From NCBI GenBank assembly GCA_016390365.1, contig GCA_016390365.1_3043.1: 64,000 nt of DNA; one strand, written 5' to 3'. The stretch is from a phage. Below are positions 26,072-35,294 of this stretch, piece by piece (position 1 is the first letter of the stretch; the number at the start of each line of letters is the position of its first letter). The notes beneath the pieces are model-generated. The model ran no database searches and had not been told where the DNA came from. It was given only the letters and a program-made list of their open reading frames with translations. Both the position numbers and the translations under genes were made by a program.

Positions 26072-26557
26072 ATGATTACAGTAGATAAGTGGTTTAGAAT
26101 TAATCGTGTTGATACAGGGCTATGTAATTACTGGCCGGAACTTAGTGCAGGTACTGTCTTTAAAGTTCGTGAACTTACAAAAGAATGTGAAGATGATATA
26201 GAGCCTGATACTGGAATTATTGAAATTGAACTTTCCGACGGAAAGATTATTAACATCTATGATAAGCCAATTACGTATTGGTGCTTGTGGAATACTGAAT
26301 CCGTTGAAAATGGCGAAATTGAAGAAGTTGTAGAGAGAACTAGCCAAGATGTTCAGAAGCCTAAAGCCGCTTTTCAAGGTGAACGTATTTCATATGCATT
26401 AGCTAAAGTGGCATTGAAAAAAGATATTGATGATTATGAAGGTAACCTGATGCAAGCTGCGGCAGAATATATTGAATGGCTTGAAACACAAAATTCTTTT
26501 TCTGACCAAAAGATTCGGCAATATAAGCGATTGAATCAAATGTTTTACAATACTTGA
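26072..26557 (+). CDS. hypothetical protein, 161 aa; position and length fit T4 pin
   Basis: ATG 26072 after GGAG; placement just upstream of gene 49. Confidence 0.5.
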   Translation: MITVDKWFRINRVDTGLCNYWPELSAGTVFKVRELTKECEDDIEPDTGIIEIELSDGKIINIYDKPITYWCLWNTESVENGEIEEVVERTSQDVQKPKAAFQGERISYALAKVALKKDIDDYEGNLMQAAAEYIEWLETQNSFSDQKIRQYKRLNQMFYNT

Positions 26558-26593
26558 AAAAACTCAAAATTCTTTTTCTGACAAGGCATTTTA

Positions 26594-26770
26594 ATGAAAA
26601 CCGAATTGGTTTATACTGAAAAGTTAAATGGCGGTAAGGTTTGGAAACTTTTTATTAAAGGACATTCTACGGACCCTCATATGACCACTTGCGTAGGAAC
26701 CTATTCTCGTCCTACTAAAAAGATGATTCGACAGTATAAACGATTGCATCGAATGTTTTACAATACTTAA
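26594..26770 (+). CDS. small ORF created by local duplication (58 aa)
   Basis: C-terminal 15 aa and upstream 18 nt are near-copies of the end of 26072-26557. Confidence 0.4.
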   Translation: MKTELVYTEKLNGGKVWKLFIKGHSTDPHMTTCVGTYSRPTKKMIRQYKRLHRMFYNT

Positions 26771-26812
26771 AAATAATAAATACCCTTATCTATTTAAGGT
26801 AAGGGTTTTATT

Positions 26813-27286
26813 ATGTTATTGACTGGCAAATTATATAAAGAAGAAAAACAGAAATTTTATGATGCACAAAACGGTAAATGTTTAATTTGCCAACGAGAAC
26901 TAAATCCTGATGTTCAAGCTAATCATCTTGATCATGACCATGAATTAAATGGACCAAAAGCAGGAAAGGTACGTGGATTGCTTTGTAATCTCTGCAATGC
27001 TGCAGAAGGTCAAATGAAGCATAAATTTAATCGTTCTGGATTAAAGGGACAAGGTGTTGATTATCTTGAATGGTTAGAAAATTTACTTACTTATTTAAAA
27101 TCCGATTACACCCAAAATAATATTCACCCTAACTTTGTTGGAGATAAATCAAAGGAATTTTCTCGTTTAGGAAAAGAGGAAATGATGGCCGAGATGCTTC
27201 AAAGAGGATTTGAATATAATGAATCTGACACCAAAACACAGTTAATAGCTTCATTTAAGAAGCAGCTTAGAAAGAGTTTAAAATGA
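26813..27286 (+). CDS. 49: endonuclease VII (Holliday-junction resolvase)
   Basis: 157 aa; N-terminus MLLTGKLYKEEKQKFYDAQNGKCLICQREL... matches T4 gp49. Confidence 0.9.
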   Translation: MLLTGKLYKEEKQKFYDAQNGKCLICQRELNPDVQANHLDHDHELNGPKAGKVRGLLCNLCNAAEGQMKHKFNRSGLKGQGVDYLEWLENLLTYLKSDYTQNNIHPNFVGDKSKEFSRLGKEEMMAEMLQRGFEYNESDTKTQLIASFKKQLRKSLK

Positions 27287-29100
27287 CAATTGAAAAAGAA
27301 ATTGAAGGATTGATTCATAAAACTAATAAAGACCTTTTAAACGAGAATGCTAATAAAGATTCTCGTGTTTTTCCAACTCAACGGGACCTTATGGCTGGTA
27401 TTGTGTCTAAACACATTGCCAAAAATATGGTCCCGTCTTTTATTATGAAAGCGCATGAAAGCGGAATTATTCATTTCCATGATATTGATTATTCCCCTGC
27501 TCTCCCATTTACTAATTGCTGTTTAGTAGATTTAAAAGGAATGCTTGAAAACGGATTTAAGCTAGGTAATGCGCAGATTGAAACTCCTAAATCAATTGGC
27601 GTTGCTACTGCAATTATGGCGCAAATTACTGCGCAAGTTGCTTCCCATCAATACGGCGGAACGACTTTTGCGAATGTAGATAAAGTACTTTCTCCTTATG
27701 TTAAACGCACCTATGCAAAACATATTGAGGATGCAGAAAAATGGCAAATCGCTGATGCGTTGAATTATGCTCAATCTAAAACAGAAAAAGACGTATACGA
27801 TGCATTTCAAGCTTATGAATATGAAGTAAACACTCTCTTTAGTTCAAACGGACAAACGCCTTTTGTAACAATTACATTTGGTACGGGAACTGACTGGACT
27901 GAACGAATGATTCAGAAAGCAATTCTGAAAAATCGTATTAAAGGTCTTGGTCGTGATGGGATAACTCCTATTTTCCCTAAGCTTGTTATGTTTGTTGAAG
28001 AAGGTGTTAATCTTTATAAAGACGATCCGAACTATGATATTAAGCAGCTTGCTCTAGAGTGCGCAAGCAAAAGAATGTATCCTGATATTATTTCAGCTAA
28101 GAACAATAAAGCTATCACCGGTTCATCTATTCCTGTTTCTCCGATGGGTTGCCGTAGTTTCTTGAGCGTATGGAAAGATTCGACTGGTAATGAAATTCTT
28201 GATGGACGTAATAATCTTGGTGTTGTAACACTGAATCTTCCTCGTATCGCATTAGATTCTTATATTGGAACACAGTTCAATGAACAGAAATTTATCGAAT
28301 TGTTCAATGAGCGAATGGATTTATGTTTTGAAGCTTTGATGTGTAGAATTAGTTCATTAAAAGGAGTTAAAGCGACTGTTGCTCCTATTCTTTACCAAGA
28401 AGGTGCATTCGGGGTTCGTCTTAAACCTGATGACGACATAATTGAGTTATTTAAAAACGGTAGAAGTTCAGTGTCCCTAGGATACATTGGTATTCACGAA
28501 TTGAATATTCTTGTCGGTCGTGATATTGGACAGGAAATTTTAACTAAAATGAATGCTCGTCTTAAACAGTGGACTGAAAGAACCGGTTTTGCTTTTAGCT
28601 TGTATTCTACTCCCGCTGAAAACCTTTGTTATCGCTTCTGTAAACTTGATACTGAAAAATATGGAAGTGTAAAAGATGTTACTGATAAAGGCTGGTACAC
28701 TAATAGTTTCCATGTTTCAGTAGAAGAAAATATTACTCCGTTTGAAAAGATTTCTCGCGAAGCCCCATATCATTTCATTGCGACAGGTGGTCACATTTCT
28801 TATGTTGAACTTCCTGATATGAAAAATAACCTAAAAGGTCTTGAGGCTGTCTGGGATTATGCTGCACAACATTTAGATTATTTTGGTGTTAATATGCCAG
28901 TAGATAAATGTTTTACATGTGGAAGTACCCATGAAATGACTCCTACTGAAAACGGATTTGTTTGTTCTATTTGTGGAGAAACTGATCCTAAAAAGATGAA
29001 CACAATAAGAAGAACATGTGGTTATTTGGGAAATCCGAACGAACGCGGATTTAATCTCGGCAAAAATAAAGAAATCATGCATAGGGTTAAGCATCAATGA
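27283..29100 (+). CDS. nrdD: anaerobic ribonucleoside-triphosphate reductase
   Basis: 605 aa, uninterrupted; C-terminal glycyl-radical region and Cys cluster CFTCGSTHEM...CSICG. Confidence 0.9.
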   Translation: MTIEKEIEGLIHKTNKDLLNENANKDSRVFPTQRDLMAGIVSKHIAKNMVPSFIMKAHESGIIHFHDIDYSPALPFTNCCLVDLKGMLENGFKLGNAQIETPKSIGVATAIMAQITAQVASHQYGGTTFANVDKVLSPYVKRTYAKHIEDAEKWQIADALNYAQSKTEKDVYDAFQAYEYEVNTLFSSNGQTPFVTITFGTGTDWTERMIQKAILKNRIKGLGRDGITPIFPKLVMFVEEGVNLYKDDPNYDIKQLALECASKRMYPDIISAKNNKAITGSSIPVSPMGCRSFLSVWKDSTGNEILDGRNNLGVVTLNLPRIALDSYIGTQFNEQKFIELFNERMDLCFEALMCRISSLKGVKATVAPILYQEGAFGVRLKPDDDIIELFKNGRSSVSLGYIGIHELNILVGRDIGQEILTKMNARLKQWTERTGFAFSLYSTPAENLCYRFCKLDTEKYGSVKDVTDKGWYTNSFHVSVEENITPFEKISREAPYHFIATGGHISYVELPDMKNNLKGLEAVWDYAAQHLDYFGVNMPVDKCFTCGSTHEMTPTENGFVCSICGETDPKKMNTIRRTCGYLGNPNERGFNLGKNKEIMHRVKHQ

Positions 29101-29567
29101 ATTATGACAGAATATACCCGTGCTGCTTCGTGAATGGCCCTGGATGCAGGACCGTTCTTTTCGTTACAGGTTGTTTGCATAAATGCGAAGGGTGTTATAA
29201 TAAATCAACATGGAATGCTAGAAATGGTATTCCATTTACTGGTGAAACACTAGAACAATTAATTGAATGTTTGAATAATGATTATATAGAAGGATTAACT
29301 ATAACTGGAGGAGACCCTCTTTATCCTGATAACAGAGACGTGATTCATTGCATTGTTCAAACAGTAAAAAATCTTTATCCCAATAAAAGCATTTGGTTGT
29401 GGACAGGATATAAATTTGAAGATATTAAACAACTAGAAATGCTTAAATATGTTGATGTTATTATTGATGGGAAGTATGAGAAAAATCTTCCGACTAAAAA
29501 GCTGTGGCGAGGATCAGATAATCAGCGGCTTTGGTCAAATACCGATGGGGTGTGGAAACATGATTAA
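29097..29567 (+). CDS. nrdG: anaerobic RNR activating enzyme (radical SAM)
   Basis: 156 aa; Cys cluster near the N-terminus; ATGA overlap with nrdD. Confidence 0.85.
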   Translation: MNYDRIYPCCFVNGPGCRTVLFVTGCLHKCEGCYNKSTWNARNGIPFTGETLEQLIECLNNDYIEGLTITGGDPLYPDNRDVIHCIVQTVKNLYPNKSIWLWTGYKFEDIKQLEMLKYVDVIIDGKYEKNLPTKKLWRGSDNQRLWSNTDGVWKHD

Positions 29568-29682
29568 ATTGAATTATATTATGGATACTATAAATGATAT
29601 GATTTTTCATTTTGGTCCAGAATTTTATTCGCAATATAGTTTAGTGCTTATCAATGCTTGGTTAATTAATTAAGGGTAAAAT

Positions 29683-29898
29683 ATGTATAAATTTCGTAAA
29701 GGTTTAGCTGATTTTCTTACAACTGTAACATTCTTTCTGTTTATGGCAGTTGGAGCTATTTTCCTTATTCCTTTTATTGTTATATTTTTCGTGATCAGTT
29801 TAATTTCTCCAGAAAAGGGCTTATCTTCTAGCGAGTTCAATGAGCGTCTGGATAAAATTACTAACAAACTGAATGCTGTTCTTGATAAAAAGGCCTAA
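29683..29898 (+). CDS. small membrane protein
   Basis: Hydrophobic helix FFLFMAVGAIFLIPFIVIFFVISLI. Confidence 0.5.
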   Translation: MYKFRKGLADFLTTVTFFLFMAVGAIFLIPFIVIFFVISLISPEKGLSSSEFNERLDKITNKLNAVLDKKA

Positions 29899-29900
29899 TT

Positions 29901-30212
29901 ATGATTAGTTTTGAGCGATATGTGGTAGAGAGTTGGAAGGGTTTTGATATGTTCGGTAATGACTATTATTTCTATGAATGTAGTCTAAATCCTAGTTTTT
30001 GGGCTGGACGTGAACGAGATCTCGAAGAAATTAATGCTCGTGTCGAATTGTTAGGTGAACTGCCTACGGTTTATTTTACCTTTGATGCATCTGGATTTGT
30101 TATCCAGGTTTATTTTCCTGAAGAAAACTCTGGTGAGGATTCTGTTAATCCTCCTTATTGGGCTTACCAAGGAATTATTTCTCGTGGAACAAAACTCGAA
30201 CTTAAAGAATAA
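29901..30212 (+). CDS. hypothetical protein
   Basis: Track ORF. Confidence 0.5.
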   Translation: MISFERYVVESWKGFDMFGNDYYFYECSLNPSFWAGRERDLEEINARVELLGELPTVYFTFDASGFVIQVYFPEENSGEDSVNPPYWAYQGIISRGTKLELKE

Positions 30213-30213
30213 G

Positions 30214-30507
30214 ATTGAAGTCTATGGAATTCCAGATGAAGTAGGTCGTTGTCCTGGATGTCAATCAGTTACAAAACTTCTAAAGGAGCTCAATGCTCCT
30301 TTTACTTTCTATAAAGTTCTTACAAATAATGGTAAGATTGAGTATGATCGTCCACTGATTGTATCTCTTGCTAAACGCGCTGGATTCACATCTCTTAACA
30401 TTCGTTATCCAGTCATTTTCATCAATGATTCTAGACAAAAGAACATTAAACACTTCAAAGAAACTCTCATTTCACTTGGATATGATAGAGATATCATAGA
30501 AGACTAA
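30214..30507 (+). CDS. glutaredoxin-like (NrdH-like) protein lacking a canonical start
   Basis: IEVYGIPDEVGRCPGCQ thioredoxin-fold N-terminus begins right after the upstream TAA; the only in-frame ATGs lie far upstream in junk sequence. Confidence 0.45.
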   Translation: MEVYGIPDEVGRCPGCQSVTKLLKELNAPFTFYKVLTNNGKIEYDRPLIVSLAKRAGFTSLNIRYPVIFINDSRQKNIKHFKETLISLGYDRDIIED

Positions 30508-30605
30508 GGCGGGCCCTCTGGGCCTTTCTTTCTTACATTCTGTATATTACCATTCTAAGCTATCGTTCCCTTCTTGTCATTCCCTAAAATATTTTTCACA
30601 AAGTT

Positions 30606-30635
30606 GTTTACAACAAGTTCAAACCGTGGTATTAT
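30606..30635 (+). promoter_or_regulatory. early promoter cassette, copy 6 (diverged)
   Basis: -35 GTTTAC 30606-30611, 18 nt spacer, -10 TATTAT; upstream flank resembles copy 1. Confidence 0.5.
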
Positions 30636-30665
30636 TAACATATGAATTACCTTTGAGGAATTGAT

Positions 30666-30848
30666 ATGGTTGTGGTTGATAAAGAAATTAAAAAGGGACA
30701 ATATTATTTTATTAATGGTAATGTTGTTCGTGTTACTTACGTAAATGGTTATGATGTTTATTATCTTATACTTAAGTTACATAAACACATGATTTGTGAT
30801 CGTGCTGTATTTAGTTCAGTTGCTAAGGAAATTAAACTCCATGGGTAA
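30666..30848 (+). CDS. hypothetical protein
   Basis: GAGGAA RBS; track ORF. Confidence 0.5.
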   Translation: MVVVDKEIKKGQYYFINGNVVRVTYVNGYDVYYLILKLHKHMICDRAVFSSVAKEIKLHG

Positions 30849-31134
30849 AACGTATCGTCGTAAAGACTTGAAAGTTCGTGATTATGACTATTTCGGAAAG
30901 CGTAAAGCTCCTGATGGGGTAAGTCATAAAGATATGGTTGAAAACATTTTTCGTTCAGATAAATGGCGACGTATGCGAGGTGTTGATTCAGAGGTTAAGA
31001 ATGAATTGAATCGTCAACTGCGTGGTGAAGTAAGAAAGTTGAAAAAATCAGTTTACATTGACGATGATTTTGATTATAATACATCTCAACGAGTTGCTAA
31101 GCGCAAATCAAACGAGTGTTATCGTTACAGCTGA
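30841..31134 (+). CDS. highly basic hypothetical protein
   Basis: ATG 30841 (track start 30796); Arg/Lys-rich. Confidence 0.5.
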   Translation: MGKTYRRKDLKVRDYDYFGKRKAPDGVSHKDMVENIFRSDKWRRMRGVDSEVKNELNRQLRGEVRKLKKSVYIDDDFDYNTSQRVAKRKSNECYRYS

Positions 31135-31141
31135 GGAAAAT

Positions 31142-31273
31142 ATGAATATCAAACGAATGCTTTTTAAGCAGGGGTTATACACTTTAAATGTTACTCCAAA
31201 AGGCGATACAACTAAGTGGTCAGTAAATGACTGGATTAAATTCATTGATGAAAATGGTAATTGGGAAATTTAA
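31142..31273 (+). CDS. hypothetical small protein (43 aa)
   Basis: ATG 31142 after GAGGAAAA. Confidence 0.4.
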   Translation: MNIKRMLFKQGLYTLNVTPKGDTTKWSVNDWIKFIDENGNWEI

Positions 31274-31474
31274 ATGAATCCTGAATCTAAATTATCGCAG
31301 CGAATTGCTGAAGAACGCGCCAAATTTTTCCAGAACATGAAACACAATGGTATTGAGGATGAAGTTTTTCTAAATTGGTTCTGGAATAATAAGTATGCAG
31401 CATGCGAAGGAGCTTTGTCATTGTCAGTCGCAATGATGTATGAAGGCTGGAAGGGTGCCAAAAAGTTTAGCTAA
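31274..31474 (+). CDS. hypothetical protein
   Basis: Track ORF. Confidence 0.5.
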   Translation: MNPESKLSQRIAEERAKFFQNMKHNGIEDEVFLNWFWNNKYAACEGALSLSVAMMYEGWKGAKKFS

Positions 31475-31495
31475 GGGCTTCGGCCCCTTTTTTGG
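31473..31495 (+). terminator. intrinsic terminator
   Basis: GGGC-TTCG-GCCC hairpin then T6. Confidence 0.6.
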
Positions 31496-31528
31496 ATAAT
31501 AAAATTTTAACGTAATTGAGGATAATGT

Positions 31529-31855
31529 ATGACTATTCAAATTAAAAACGCCATTAATTCTTACGCATATGATAAAGTAGTTTCTTTGCTAGAAAAAGGC
31601 GATATTGTAACTCCTCAAATTTTGGATAAATGGGAAAAAGAGCTTCATCAGACGATGAAACAGAATGATCAGAAGATTGGACGCAATACTGTCCGTGAAT
31701 TGTTAGTTCAATATATCTTGTCAGAATTTGATGTTAAAGCTTTTGGCGTAGAATCTAAAGCTTATCAAAAACATGAAATTTCCGATAAAACTATTCGTCG
31801 CATGAAAAATCAACGCAAGAAAAAATTTGCAGACCTGAAAATTACTAAGGTATGA
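31529..31855 (+). CDS. hypothetical protein
   Basis: GAGGA RBS; track ORF. Confidence 0.55.
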   Translation: MTIQIKNAINSYAYDKVVSLLEKGDIVTPQILDKWEKELHQTMKQNDQKIGRNTVRELLVQYILSEFDVKAFGVESKAYQKHEISDKTIRRMKNQRKKKFADLKITKV

Positions 31856-32073
31856 ATATGAACGAAGCTCTTATTAACGATTTACGTCTTGCCGGATATG
31901 AAGTAAATACAAACGGCAATGGTTTAACTCAAATTGAAGGAAATGGATTCATCATTGAGTATGAATTTAGCCAATGGTGGTTATATGCCAATTACGGCGA
32001 ATTGATTGAATATGTTGACCAATTTGATTCACTAGATGCAGCTCTTGGAGCGGCTAAGTTGATGAATGTATGA
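31852..32073 (+). CDS. hypothetical protein
   Basis: Track ORF; ATGA overlap. Confidence 0.5.
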   Translation: MNMNEALINDLRLAGYEVNTNGNGLTQIEGNGFIIEYEFSQWWLYANYGELIEYVDQFDSLDAALGAAKLMNV

Positions 32074-32339
32074 AATTTATTAATATTTCTATTACTATTG
32101 AAAATTATGGCATTTTCTATGTTGACCAATACATGAAAATTTCATTTTTCCCAAATAAGACTGGTGTTGGATATTGGGAAAGTCATGTTTCTGAATTAAA
32201 TGAAAGTGAATATGTTAGCACACATGAAAAGTTTTTAGACTTTTTATATCATGCTGATTTAACTAGTCATTATATAGATATTCATGAATTTAAAAAGATG
32301 ATGGAGAAAGTGTTCCAAGCATACTGTTTACTTAGATAA
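32070..32339 (+). CDS. hypothetical protein
   Basis: Track ORF; ATGA overlap. Confidence 0.5.
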   Translation: MKFINISITIENYGIFYVDQYMKISFFPNKTGVGYWESHVSELNESEYVSTHEKFLDFLYHADLTSHYIDIHEFKKMMEKVFQAYCLLR

Positions 32340-32417
32340 CCGATATCCTCTGTGCTTTAAGATAGATCTTCAAATATTATGATATAATAGATCTATGAAT
32401 TGAGCTAAGAGGTGAAA

Positions 32418-32975
32418 ATGTCAGAAACTAAGCCTAAATATAATTACGTAAACAATAAAGAGCTTTTACAAGCTATTATTGATTGGAAAACAGAATTAGC
32501 AAATAATAAAGACCCAAATAAAGTAGTTCGTCAGAATGATACTATCGGATTAGCCATTATGCTTATTGCAGAAGGCTTATCTAAGCGTTTCAACTTTTCA
32601 GGATACACCCAGTCTTGGAAACAAGAAATGATTGCAGATGGTATAGAAGCTTCTATTAAGGGGCTTCACAATTTTGATGAAACGAAATATAAAAACCCAC
32701 ATGCATATATAACTCAAGCTTGTTTTAATGCATTCGTCCAACGTATTAAAAAAGAACGTAAGGAAGTTGCAAAGAAATATAGTTACTTCGTTCACAATGT
32801 CTATGACAGTCGTGACGACGATATGGTTGCGTTAGTAGATGAAACTTTTATTCAAGACATCTACGATAAAATGACGCATTACGAAGAATCAACCTATAGA
32901 ACACCGGGGGCTGAAAAGAAAAGTGTTGTAGACGATTCTCCTAGTTTGGATTTTTTATATGAGGCTAACGATTAA
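32418..32975 (+). CDS. 55: late-transcription sigma factor gp55
   Basis: 185 aa from ATG 32418; [32 protein letters not shown]... matches T4 gp55. Confidence 0.9.
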
Positions 32976-33177
32976 CCTCTCCGGATTCTTGGAAGAAATA
33001 CCTGAAGTTGAAGCTATTCCCTATTTACTTAAAATGTATCTCAGGGAAGTTTTAGCTCTTGACATTGATATTGATCCAGAAAATCCGTACGATACCGCTT
33101 TTAAATCTAATGGTGTAGAATTAAATTACAGGTATCATTTAACAGATGATGATTTTTATTTTATATTAGAGAAATAA
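32959..33177 (+). CDS. hypothetical protein
   Basis: Track ORF overlapping the end of gene 55. Confidence 0.45.
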
Positions 33178-33178
33178 T

Positions 33179-33496
33179 ATGACTGATAAACCCGAAATTA
33201 ATGATGAAGTGGAAAAGCTTATTTCTTCTATTGAAGAAAAGAACCGTCTTGAAGCAGAAAGAAAAGCAAATAAGTTATTGTCTAAAAACAAACGCGAACT
33301 GAATCGTCTTTATAAGCACGCTCAGATCGCAGCTGAAAATAATAATTTTGCTCAATACGAATATGCTATCAAGAAAAGTCGGGATATTCTAAAACAGCCA
33401 TATAACGATGAACTTATCAGTATTCTTTGGAAGACTACTAGATCGCAAATTGAGGATATGATTGATGCTTACACACGTAAAATTCAAGCGTCTTAA
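33179..33496 (+). CDS. hypothetical protein
   Basis: Track ORF. Confidence 0.5.
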   Translation: MTDKPEINDEVEKLISSIEEKNRLEAERKANKLLSKNKRELNRLYKHAQIAAENNNFAQYEYAIKKSRDILKQPYNDELISILWKTTRSQIEDMIDAYTRKIQAS

Positions 33497-33668
33497 AATT
33501 AATGCAGGATTTACTGAATCTTTGAATGGTCATCTTTGTGTGAAAATTTCTGAAAAAGAATACCATGATAGTTCAATTAAAGAAGTTAATCCTCCTATTG
33601 TAAGAGCAGACCCTAATATGAAAGTGTGGGTTGATTCTTATCAAGTTAAAAAATGGTGGCAGTTATGA
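33462..33668 (+). CDS. hypothetical protein
   Basis: Track ORF; 35-nt overlap with previous. Confidence 0.4.
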   Translation: MMLTHVKFKRLKINAGFTESLNGHLCVKISEKEYHDSSIKEVNPPIVRADPNMKVWVDSYQVKKWWQL

Positions 33669-33671
33669 AAG

Positions 33672-33845
33672 ATGAACATCCAGACTTCTGAAATAGATTA
33701 TAATAAAATTCGTTCCTCTAAAGAGGAAATGATGAGACGCTTTAAAGAGTCTCATGATAAAGCTAAAGCAGAAGGAACTATAACATATAAGCGCATAAAA
33801 TTTAAAAGTTCTAATGAGCCTCTGTATGGCGTATTATGTGGATAG
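33672..33845 (+). CDS. hypothetical small basic protein (57 aa)
   Basis: ATG 33672; ends at a UUCG hairpin (33842-33861). Confidence 0.35.
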   Translation: MNIQTSEIDYNKIRSSKEEMMRRFKESHDKAKAEGTITYKRIKFKSSNEPLYGVLCG

Positions 33846-33911
33846 GAGCTTCGGCTCCTATATTGCTTTATAAATTTTTGGTAAAATAAACCAAAACAAA
33901 GAGGATATTAA

Positions 33912-35114
33912 ATGAAAGTATGTATTTTTATGGCTCGAGGTCTTGAAGGTTGTGGTGTAACAAAATTCTCACTCGAGCAACGTGATTGGTTTATTAAAAA
34001 TGGTCATGAAGTGACTTTGGTTTATGCTAAAGATAAATCATTTACTCGTAATTGCGCGCATGATTATAAATCATTTTCAATTCCGGTTTTATTGGCAAAA
34101 GAATATGATAAAACACTTAAGCTGGTAAATGATTGTGATATTCTAATTATCAATTCAGTTCCTGCTACTTCGGTTGAAGAAGACACGATTAATAACTATA
34201 AAAAAATTATTGATAACATTAAACCTTCTGTTCGTGTTGTAGTTTATCAACATGACCATTCTTCTCTTTCTTTGCGTCGAAATTTGGGATTAGAAGAAAC
34301 TGTTCGTCGAGCTGATGTTATTTTTAGCCATTCTGATAATGGTGATTTTAATAAAGTTCTGATGAAAGAATGGTATCCTGAAACAGTTTCTCTGTTTGAT
34401 GATATTGAAGAAGCACCGACAGTATATAACTTTCAGCCTCCTATGGATATTGCGAAGGTTCGGTCAACCTACTGGAAAGATGTTTCTGAAATTAACATGA
34501 ATATCAACCGTTGGATTGGTCGTACGACCACATGGAAAGGTTTTTATCAGATGTTTGATTTTCATGAAAAACATCTTAAACCTGCAGGACTAAGTACTAT
34601 TATGGAAGGTCTGGAACGTTCTCCAGCGTTCATTCCTATTAAAGAAAAAGGAATTCCATACGAGTATTATCGTCTTCATCAAGTAGACCAAATTAAAATT
34701 GCTCCTAATTTGCCAACGCAAATTCTTGACCGTTATGTAAATAGCGAAATGCTTGAACGTATGAGTAAATCCGGTTTTGGTTATCAGTTGAGTAAGTTGG
34801 ATAAAAAATATCTACAACGTTCTTTAGAATATACTCATCTCGAGCTTGGTGCATGTGGAACAATTCCGGTATTTTGGAAATCTACTGGCGAAAATTTAAA
34901 ATTCCGTGTTGATAATACTCCTTTGACCTCGCATGATAGCGGTATCATTTGGTTTGATGAAAATGACATGGAATCAACATTTGAACGTATTAAAGAACTG
35001 TCATCTGACCGAACTCTTTATGACCGCGAACGCGAAAAAGCTTATGAATTTTTGTATCAGCATCAAGATTCAAGCTTCTGCTTTAAAGAACAGTTTGACA
35101 TTATTACAAAATAA
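33912..35114 (+). CDS. agt: DNA alpha-glucosyltransferase
   Basis: 400 aa; near-identical to T4 alpha-gt as I recall (FMARGLEGCGVTKFSLEQRDWFIKNGHEVTLVYAKDKSF...). Confidence 0.9.
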   Translation: MKVCIFMARGLEGCGVTKFSLEQRDWFIKNGHEVTLVYAKDKSFTRNCAHDYKSFSIPVLLAKEYDKTLKLVNDCDILIINSVPATSVEEDTINNYKKIIDNIKPSVRVVVYQHDHSSLSLRRNLGLEETVRRADVIFSHSDNGDFNKVLMKEWYPETVSLFDDIEEAPTVYNFQPPMDIAKVRSTYWKDVSEINMNINRWIGRTTTWKGFYQMFDFHEKHLKPAGLSTIMEGLERSPAFIPIKEKGIPYEYYRLHQVDQIKIAPNLPTQILDRYVNSEMLERMSKSGFGYQLSKLDKKYLQRSLEYTHLELGACGTIPVFWKSTGENLKFRVDNTPLTSHDSGIIWFDENDMESTFERIKELSSDRTLYDREREKAYEFLYQHQDSSFCFKEQFDIITK

Positions 35115-35153
35115 AGGGCTTCGGCCCTTTAGCTTTATGCGGAGTTTGATATA

Positions 35154-35294
35154 ATGATATTTCTTGGATATGTGATACTTTTTCTCGCGTTTTATCTTTT
35201 CACTAGAGCGTGTTGGATTGGATTCTTTAGCACTCCAGATGGATTTATTTCAATAATTTTATTTTGCATTTCAATGACGGTTCTTGATATATGA
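35154..35294 (+). CDS. 46-aa hydrophobic peptide
   Basis: ATG 35154 after GGAG; MIFLGYVILFLAFYLF...; stop overlaps gene 47 start. Confidence 0.35.
   Translation: MIFLGYVILFLAFYLFTRACWIGFFSTPDGFISIILFCISMTVLDI

Noticed and set aside
27283-29100. Group I intron or intein in nrdD
   Set aside because: The reading frame is continuous at the expected 605 aa; no insertion is visible. The same holds for tk, 43 and 55.
30055-30212. N-terminal 52 codons of track ORF 30055-30507
   Set aside because: Junk-like sequence overlapping gene 29901-30212 in another frame; only the glutaredoxin-like part from 30214 looks real.
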